From Azolla caroliniana (lineage: Eukaryota > Plantae > Polypodiophyta): DNA of 64,000 nucleotides. Made by a program: the position numbers and the translations under genes. The stretch spans positions 25,048,001 through 25,112,000 of the forward strand of contig JBHGNT010000002.1 in NCBI GenBank assembly GCA_043228905.1, given 5' to 3'. Under the pieces are notes generated by a model, which was not told the DNA's origin, did not search any database, and saw only the letters and a program-made list of their open reading frames with translations. Every line of letters starts with the position of its first letter. The stretch's first letter is position 1. Shown here piece by piece: positions 56,402 through 64,000 of this stretch.

Positions 56402-58006
56402 CAACAGATAGTTGGTCGTGCTCTCGCTTGGTCACTAGCTGATGTGACGCATTTGTGAGCCACTGTAAAGGGATAGTGAATGAATGGATTTCCAGTTGTA
56501 TTTGATGCTTATGGTTTTTCTCTTAAGCAAGTGAAATTAAAGTGTTGGCTTATAATTGTCGTCTGAATGACTGGTTCTTGAGTCTTCTATATGTTTGTGG
56601 TAGTGTGTATATGTGGATTCATGGGGTGATAACTGAAAATTTAAAGTCGAATTTTCGTTAGTGTCATGTTTTTCTCCATTTTAACGTTTTCTCTTTTAGT
56701 GACATTGTGTCGACCCGGTTTGATTGTGCTATGGAATGTCAAGCTGCCTGCTTTTAGTGTAATACTACGCATGCTTGGTGTTAGAAAGTAAGCTGAGGAT
56801 TCTGACATATTTTTAAGTACTGAGATTAAGCTTCTAGATGTAGACCTTATACCTGTCACCAATTTCCATATCTTTGCAAGTAAACGATGTGTTATTTTGT
56901 TTGGGGTTTCCTTCAAGTATGTGTCTCCATCTGTTCCTCTTCTTGTTGTTGGAACCTTACGTTTCTAGTTATAATCAAGTCCATGTGGTTTTGTCTCCTC
57001 GTTCACTTCCAACTTTTTGATAAACTAAAGTTCTAGACTAAGGTTGTTTTGGTCTCTGTTATCATGTAACAAGTTATGCTTTCTTGAAACGAGTTATACT
57101 TCCTCATTCATAGGTTAGGTTATATGTCTAGTACTTACGGAGAATCTTGTTAGCAAATTTTAGCTAGGTGGCAAGCATGAATGATATTCAGCCATCCAAG
57201 TTAAAAATAGGAGTGCTATTTTATATATAAGATATTGGTGTTAGTTAAAGCATTGTAGTTCAATGCTGGTGTTTGCAATAATTTGTAGTCATTCTTGTCT
57301 CTACTAAAATCCATTTCCTTTTTGTTTCTTGATCTAATACCATTTTTCATTTTGGTCCTTTAGAGATGATTCCACAAATCCTTTAGCATGTTCATGACTC
57401 CCTTCGTATTTGCTCCTCAAGTTGAAGTGGTACATAATGAAATCTCTTGATCAATTTGCTTTTCCACGGAAGTATTCAAGTATACACTTGGAAAAAAGGG
57501 TCAAGAATAGACATGAGTTGGTTATAGAGTGTCATAATAGTAACAAATCCTATTGAATTTAGGAGAGCATATGGTTACTTGAAGTTTCAACCTCTTAATA
57601 GTTATATCAAGGAAAATGGGGATTGAACAAGGTAGAACCTATTATGGCTCGTCCCTAAATGCTCTTGATTAGTTCTCGAAAGGCATCAGGTCTCAAAAGG
57701 CTTGAGCCCCCCAAAAAGATCCATTCCTCGATTTAAGGTTTGTTGATTGTTCTTAGAGAGGACCAACAAGAACATGCAATTGGTCAAGACTCTACTATGG
57801 ATGTATGTCAATGAGTATGGTTCAATGTTTGCCATGTTCGTAGAGAGAGATAAGGAGCCTTGACCGAATGCTGAAAAGTCCAAAGAAAATACAAGATGGA
57901 TGGCAAATATGTTTCTCATTGCTTGTTCATTTTGCTCTCTGCAGAATGTCGAGGTTGAGGCAACTCAAAGTGGGTGTGTGCAAGCAATTCCAAGGCCCCG
58001 GAAAGC

Positions 58007-58021
58007 TAGGGTTTAGGGTTT
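58007..58021. promoter_or_regulatory. Telo-box-like motif (TAGGGTTTAGGGTTT) upstream of the PPR gene
   Basis: Two interstitial plant telomere repeats about 270 bp before the first in-frame ATG. Confidence 0.4.
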
Positions 58022-58293
58022 AAGATTCAAACGGGCAGACACATATGTGACCGAAGCTTACGGAATGAATGGACACCTTAAGGAAGCATTCTTAGAGTCC
58101 CTCATTATCTCCGACGCAATTGTGAAGGAACTTACCTGAAGAGTGTGCCATAGGCCCATAGATTCCCTTGGGTCATTCACACTTGGACTTAACATCTTCC
58201 ACCCTTCCTTCCTTCTTCTTCTTCTTCTTCTTCTTCCTGACAGGCGATCCATGTATATGTCGATTCTCTGGGCTTAATTCCCCGAATGGCTGG

Positions 58294-61200
58294 ATGTGCG
58301 TGCTGCTCCAGAGGAGGAGCTCCGTCTTCAGACGCGACCTTCCCATCCCACCCACGTGGCCTGCTACCGCCGTATGCAGGAAAGGAAATGATGAGCTCTC
58401 CGTCCCCCACATCACACAAGAGACACAGAAAGAGGAAGAGGAAGAGGAAGAGGGAGAGGGAGAGGGAGAGAGAGAAATAAAATCTGGCCTTGGTAATTCA
58501 GGTATGCCAATGTTCATTGTTCCCCATCCTTCCATTGAGGAAATCACAGATATTATTTGCTCCTGCAGAAGAGGGAAGAGAAATAGGCTATATACTACTA
58601 TTATGAGTCTTCACGCCTACCTGTCCAGAATTGGCTTGTGCACACATAGATCAGTGGGAAATGACTTGGTCTCCTTATTGCTGGAGGTTGGGAATGTGGA
58701 TGAGGCTCAACGCCTTTTCGACAAGTTGGTCTACGGGAACTCGTCTTCGTGGAATTCTCTTATCACAGTCTACTCCAATTGTGGAGAGTTAAGCCGTGCC
58801 TTCAACCTCTTCCAAAAAGTACAATGTGATGGAACTATTGACGTTACTCCTACAACTTTTGTGGCCTTGCTAAAGGCTTGTGCTAAAGCACAAGACTTAA
58901 TCAAAGGCATGGAAGTACATACCAGTGTTTCGAGCAGTCAATTGCCTGAAACTGATGTTTTTGTTGGCAGTATGATTGTTGACATGTATGCCAAATGTGG
59001 TGCACTTCACTTAGCACAAAAAGCATTCAACAACATTCAAGGTAGAGATGTGGTCTCATGGACAGCATTGATAGGAGGGTATGTTAATCATGGGAAGAGT
59101 GAGAAAGCATTACAATGCTTTGAAGATATGCAAAGTGAGGGTATTTTCCCAAATGAAGTTACATTCACTTGTGCATTGAAAGCTTGTGTAGATGAACGAG
59201 ACTTAGGAAAAGGCATAGAAATGCATGGTCAGATAGAGAAACAGGGATTTTCAGAAACACACCTTATCATTGGCAATACCTTGTTGAACATGTATGCGAA
59301 ACTTGACTTGTTATGTGAGGCTCAGAAAGTGTTTGACAAACTTCCAAATCATGATGTAATCACATGGACAACCCTGCTTTCAGCATATGTTGCACATGGG
59401 CATGGTGAGGAGGCATTGAAATGCCTTGAAGAAATGAGACATCAGAACATACTGCCAAATGCTATTACGTACATTTGGATCGTGAAAGCTTGTGCCAGCA
59501 TAGGAACCATTGAAGAAAGCCAGAAAATTCATGCCAATATTGAAAAACACGGCTTAGGAAATGACAACCTCGTTGGCAACACCTTGATTGATATGTATGC
59601 AAAATTTGGCTTTCTTCAAACAGCAGAAACTATGTTTGAAAAACTTGAAAAACGAGGTGTTGTGTCTTGGACCACACTAATTGCAGGATATACTGAACAT
59701 AGTCAATACGAAAATGCAATGAAATGTTTTCAACAAATGTTAATTGAGGGCATCTTGCCAGATGCTGTTGCGTTAGGTTTCTATTTGAAAGCCTGTGGCA
59801 ACGTTGGAGCTGCAAACAAATGTGAAGCTCTGCATGCTTGGATTGAAGCCATGAGTTTTTCAAAAGAAAGTCATTTTATTTTCAGCACTTTGATTGAGAT
59901 ATATTGCAACCTGGGCATGATTGTTAAGGCACAAGGTGTTCTGGATAAGCTTGAGATTCGAGATGAAATCAGTTTAACCCCATTAATGACAGGATACCTG
60001 GAACATGGATATTGTGAAGAGGCATTCACATATTTTAAGCAGATACAACTTGAGGGAGCCACTCTTGATAGTTCCTTATATGTATGTGGCTTAAAAGCTT
60101 GTGGTAGTTTAAAAGCCAGAGACAAAGGTGAAGAAATACATGCCGAAATTGAAAAGAAAGGATGGCTAGAGCTTAAACATGTTGGCAATGCATTGGTTGA
60201 TATGTATGTCAAATGTGGCTCAGTTGTCATAGCTCGACAAGTCTTTGACAGGCTGAGAATTAAAGACGTAGTTTCATGGAGTACACTAATTTCAGGATAT
60301 GTTGAGGATGGATGCCATCAAGAAGCATTGAGATATTTTGAACTAATGCAAGAACAAAGTGTATTTCCAAATGCAATCACTTTTGTTTCTGCTGTAAAAT
60401 CTTGTGGAATTGGACGGAATATGGATCAGGGTTGTGAAATACATTCCCAGATTGAGAAAATGGGCTTGCGAGAAACAGACCTTGTGGTTGGGACTGTGCT
60501 TGTTGATATGTATGCTAAATTTGGTTGGCTTTGTGAAGCACATCAAGTATTCGAGGAATTGACAAATGCAGATACCGTTTCATGGACAGCCCTTATTATG
60601 GGATATATTGAACATGGAGACAGTGAGAAAGCACTGATGTGTTTGCAGCAGATGCAACAAATAGGCATCCCTTTTAGTTCTGTTACGTTAATTTGTGGCT
60701 TGAAAGCTTGTGGAATTTTAAAAATTAAAGGAAAGGGCTTGGAGATACATGCTGAGATTAAAAGGAGAGGCTTGTTGGAAAAGGATGCTCTGATTGGAAA
60801 CACTATGGTTGATATGTATGCTAAATGTGGCTGTCTTCCCAAAGCATGTCAAGTTTTTGATGAACTCTTGGTTCAAGAAGTTACTACATGGAATTGCCTA
60901 ATTATGGGATATATTGACCATGATTGTAACCAAGAAGCACTGAAATGTTATGAGCAAATGCAAACCAAATGTGTTATCCCAAATACTGTTACATTTATCT
61001 GTTGCTTGAAAGCTTGTGGAAGATTAGGTGCATTAAGCAAAGGCTTACAAGTGCATGCTGTTATAGAAAAATGTGGGTTACTCAAGGCAGATATTATTAT
61101 TGGTAACACATTGATAGATATGTATGTTAAATGTACTTCACTCATGAAATCAGAAGATGTCTTTCATAGGCTGCCATTTCGAGATGTTGTTACATGGAAT

Positions 61201-63159
61201 GTACTAATGAAAGTCTATATTGAACATGGTCTTTGTGAGGAAGCGTTGAAGTGTCTCAAACTAATGGAACTTGAAGGTGTACACCCAGATTCTGTAACAT
61301 ATGTTTACAGCTTAAAAGCTTGTGGCAGCACTGCAGATGTACATAATGCACAAAAGTTACATGCAGAGATCAATAAAAATATATTGACTGAAAATTATGC
61401 TTCTGTTGGAAGTGCTTTGGTGGATATATATGCAAAATTTGGCTCACTCTCAGAACTGCAGCAAGTAGTTCATGAGCTTCCGCTTCAGAACATTGCCATG
61501 TGGAACTCGTTGATATTCAGATATGCTGAACATGGGTATTTTGAGCAAGCACTTCAGTGCTCTCAGCAGATGCAGCTGCAAGGTGTTCTACCAAATGCTA
61601 TTACACTTTCCTACAGCTTGAAAGCTTGTGGCAGCATCAGGGCCATAAATAAAGGCAGGGAAATTCATAGTGAAATTGAAAGGAAGGGTTTATTGCAGAC
61701 TGATCTTGTTCTTGGAAATGGTTTGGTTGACATGTATGCCAAATGTGGCTCACTTAGTATGGCACATCAAGTGTTTGATTTACTTCCAGTTAGAGATGTA
61801 ATCTCATGGACTGCATTGATGGCAGGATATGCCGAGCATGGATATATCAACGTGGCATTTGAATGCTTTGAACATATGCAACTGGAAGGTGTGTCCCCTA
61901 ATTTTATCACTTTTCTTTCAAGTCTCAAAGCCTCTAGTACTGTAGGAGTTGAAGCCAAAAGTTTAGAAATGCACACTGATATGGAGAAGATGGGCCTTTT
62001 AGAAGAAAGCCTCGTTGGCAATATTCTTGTTAGTATGTATGTCAAAAGTGGCTACCTTGCTATTGCACAGGAAACGTTTCGAAAGCTTGCAATCAAGGAT
62101 GTTGTGTCATGGACTGCGCTTATAACAGGATTGGCTGAGCAAGGGAAGGGTGAGGAGGCTCTCCAATGTTTTGAGCAGATGCATGTTAAAGGATTTCTAC
62201 CAAATACTGGCACATTGCTTGGCATATTGAAAGCTTGTGGCATTGTAGGAGATTCCAACATGTGCCATGAAATACATGCTGAGATTGAAAGAATGGGGTT
62301 ATTGAAAAAGGATATTGTTGTTGGAACTGCAGTGATTGATATGTATGCCAAACGTGGATTGCTTAACAAAGCACAGCAGGTGTTCAACAAACTTCCAGTC
62401 AGAGATGTTATCTCATGGAATGCATTAATTGGAGGATATGCTGAACATGGGTATGGTGAGAAGGCACTAGAATTGTTTGAAGAAATGCAACACAAAGGTG
62501 TATCCCCAAGCCCGGTGACATTTGTTTGCTGCTTGAAGGCTTGTGGTAGTATTGGTGCCAAACACAAAGGGCAAGAAATACATGCTGATATTGAAAGGAA
62601 AGGTTTGTTGGAAAACGACCTTTTCATTGGCAACATTCTGGTGGACATGTATGGTCGATGTGGCCTGCTTTCTGTAGCACAACAGGTGTCAGACAAGCTC
62701 TTGGTTCGAGATGTAATTACATGGAATTCACTTCTTACAGGATATGCTCAACTTGGTGCAATTGAGGACGTCTTTTACACGTTCAACCAAATGGTTAGAG
62801 CAGGTATAAGGCCTGATTGTGTTAGTTTTCTTATTGTTCTTAGTGCATGCAGTCGCACTGGTTTTGGTTTCTTTGAGAAATTTGGGAGCATGTACATGGA
62901 GAGCATGAGCAGAGATTTTGGCATCACAGCCACTCCACAGCTCCACAATGCCATGGTTAGTCTGCATTGCCGTGCAGGCCAGTTAGATATGGCTGTGTCG
63001 ATGCTTGCCAAAATGCCCTTCTCTCCTGATGTGGTAGCCTTGCATGCTGTGTTGGATTCTTGCAGAAGTTGTGGAAATGCAGAAGTTGGTAAACAAGCCT
63101 TCGAACAAGTGAAACGCTTCCAAGAAGGTTGCCAGAGTACTTGGCTACTTTCAGACTAA
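58294..63159 (+). CDS. Very long PLS-class pentatricopeptide repeat protein (about 14 PLS triplets, ends in an E1-like segment, no DYW)
   Basis: Recurrent GN.LVDMYAKCG / DVVSWTALI.GY / PN.VTF...LKAC triplets in an intronless ORF. Start codon uncertain (58294 or 58503). Confidence 0.93.
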   Translation: MCVLLQRRSSVFRRDLPIPPTWPATAVCRKGNDELSVPHITQETQKEEEEEEEGEGEGEREIKSGLGNSGMPMFIVPHPSIEEITDIICSCRRGKRNRLYTTIMSLHAYLSRIGLCTHRSVGNDLVSLLLEVGNVDEAQRLFDKLVYGNSSSWNSLITVYSNCGELSRAFNLFQKVQCDGTIDVTPTTFVALLKACAKAQDLIKGMEVHTSVSSSQLPETDVFVGSMIVDMYAKCGALHLAQKAFNNIQGRDVVSWTALIGGYVNHGKSEKALQCFEDMQSEGIFPNEVTFTCALKACVDERDLGKGIEMHGQIEKQGFSETHLIIGNTLLNMYAKLDLLCEAQKVFDKLPNHDVITWTTLLSAYVAHGHGEEALKCLEEMRHQNILPNAITYIWIVKACASIGTIEESQKIHANIEKHGLGNDNLVGNTLIDMYAKFGFLQTAETMFEKLEKRGVVSWTTLIAGYTEHSQYENAMKCFQQMLIEGILPDAVALGFYLKACGNVGAANKCEALHAWIEAMSFSKESHFIFSTLIEIYCNLGMIVKAQGVLDKLEIRDEISLTPLMTGYLEHGYCEEAFTYFKQIQLEGATLDSSLYVCGLKACGSLKARDKGEEIHAEIEKKGWLELKHVGNALVDMYVKCGSVVIARQVFDRLRIKDVVSWSTLISGYVEDGCHQEALRYFELMQEQSVFPNAITFVSAVKSCGIGRNMDQGCEIHSQIEKMGLRETDLVVGTVLVDMYAKFGWLCEAHQVFEELTNADTVSWTALIMGYIEHGDSEKALMCLQQMQQIGIPFSSVTLICGLKACGILKIKGKGLEIHAEIKRRGLLEKDALIGNTMVDMYAKCGCLPKACQVFDELLVQEVTTWNCLIMGYIDHDCNQEALKCYEQMQTKCVIPNTVTFICCLKACGRLGALSKGLQVHAVIEKCGLLKADIIIGNTLIDMYVKCTSLMKSEDVFHRLPFRDVVTWNVLMKVYIEHGLCEEALKCLKLMELEGVHPDSVTYVYSLKACGSTADVHNAQKLHAEINKNILTENYASVGSALVDIYAKFGSLSELQQVVHELPLQNIAMWNSLIFRYAEHGYFEQALQCSQQMQLQGVLPNAITLSYSLKACGSIRAINKGREIHSEIERKGLLQTDLVLGNGLVDMYAKCGSLSMAHQVFDLLPVRDVISWTALMAGYAEHGYINVAFECFEHMQLEGVSPNFITFLSSLKASSTVGVEAKSLEMHTDMEKMGLLEESLVGNILVSMYVKSGYLAIAQETFRKLAIKDVVSWTALITGLAEQGKGEEALQCFEQMHVKGFLPNTGTLLGILKACGIVGDSNMCHEIHAEIERMGLLKKDIVVGTAVIDMYAKRGLLNKAQQVFNKLPVRDVISWNALIGGYAEHGYGEKALELFEEMQHKGVSPSPVTFVCCLKACGSIGAKHKGQEIHADIERKGLLENDLFIGNILVDMYGRCGLLSVAQQVSDKLLVRDVITWNSLLTGYAQLGAIEDVFYTFNQMVRAGIRPDCVSFLIVLSACSRTGFGFFEKFGSMYMESMSRDFGITATPQLHNAMVSLHCRAGQLDMAVSMLAKMPFSPDVVALHAVLDSCRSCGNAEVGKQAFEQVKRFQEGCQSTWLLSD

Positions 63160-64000
63160 GTGGCAAGGCAATAACATTAACATACATTGTGTGTCTTCAT
63201 TGACTCAGGAAAACAGGATACACATACTTTTGAACATGTGGATCATTTCTGAAAGAGATGATAAGAGCCTGGCTGTTGTCTTTAGCAGTTGTGGTACGAA
63301 TGCAATAATTTGGCCGACAGATTTTTGTTTGCAGTCATCATGTGAGATTTAACTCTGATGCCACCAGTAACATAAACACTAGGCTCTTAATGTGAGAGTG
63401 AAAAGTAGCCTACATTATCCTTTTGTATCTATGATAAAAATCCATTATTTATATCATGACGATCACCTACACGCTCATTATTCTATGTAGGGGTTATCTT
63501 GCACATGCCCATTGAGGGGTTATGTTTAACATTATAAGTTATGGTTGGAGTTACAAGTTGCATTTTTCTATTATTTCAAAATGACCTATAACATTGAACG
63601 ATTGTTGATATATAATTCGAAGGGCTGTAACTTAGCATTTGGAAAGACCAAGGTTAGCAGCATGAGCAATGAAAATTCTCAAAGCATCCTTCAAAGCGTG
63701 TGCACACACACACAAACTAGATTCTTTAAAGTATAATTAAGTTTTGGGAATGTGAATTTTGAGTCATTCATGAAATCATGATGTTTTAATATCTTTATAA
63801 TATGTAATCTTTTCTATCCCACATATGAAAGCTGACTTCCAACTCTTTATCCAGAAATGATGGAAATCATTTGCACCACATGAAGTTATGTATACTCAAA
63901 TGCGAGCTGGTTACTTAGTTGAATACGAGAAGCAACCTTTCAACTTTTATCTTACTATGGTCCCACTCTTCCTTGGTAAACTCTTTGGCAGGAGAAAACG

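Noticed and set aside
58130-58138. Perfect minus-strand splice donor (rc CAGGTAAGT) suggesting an antisense gene
   Set aside because: No supporting exons or ORF found; a single 9-mer is insufficient without transcript data.
58168-58293. TTG-initiated poly-Phe N-terminal extension of the PPR ORF
   Set aside because: Non-ATG start; the (CTT)n tract followed by CAG looks like UTR or an intron acceptor.

Overview
Land-plant genomic DNA, most likely a fern or other non-seed plant (inferred from a very long PLS-PPR gene and a Tcn1-type chromovirus). Positions 1-43.6 kb are one deeply nested LTR-retrotransposon cluster. It holds five Ty1/Copia copies (A, B, C, D, I; B intact), two solo LTRs, three members of a Ty3/Gypsy lineage primed by tRNA-Trp with 4-bp TSDs (E, G, H), and one Athila/Tat-like Gypsy (F) with a large extra ORF. 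Nesting order and TSDs can be read directly. An intact chromodomain Gypsy (J, 44530-50331) follows; it appears to self-prime and to use a -1 frameshift. Two host genes close the window: a 16-exon EHD1-like gene (52630-56401) and an intronless PLS-class PPR gene with over 40 motifs (58294-63159). The most striking signals are: (1) antisense, tRNA-spaced Pol III A-box/B-box cassettes in the U3 of three LTRs from two unrelated Gypsy lineages; (2) an in-frame UAG plus stem-loop between gag-PR and RT-RH-INT in G; (3) CpG-centred target sites and covarying hairpins around the PPT in the Trp lineage, including a gag-PR-only non-autonomous member. All comparisons were done by eye; no database searches were run.
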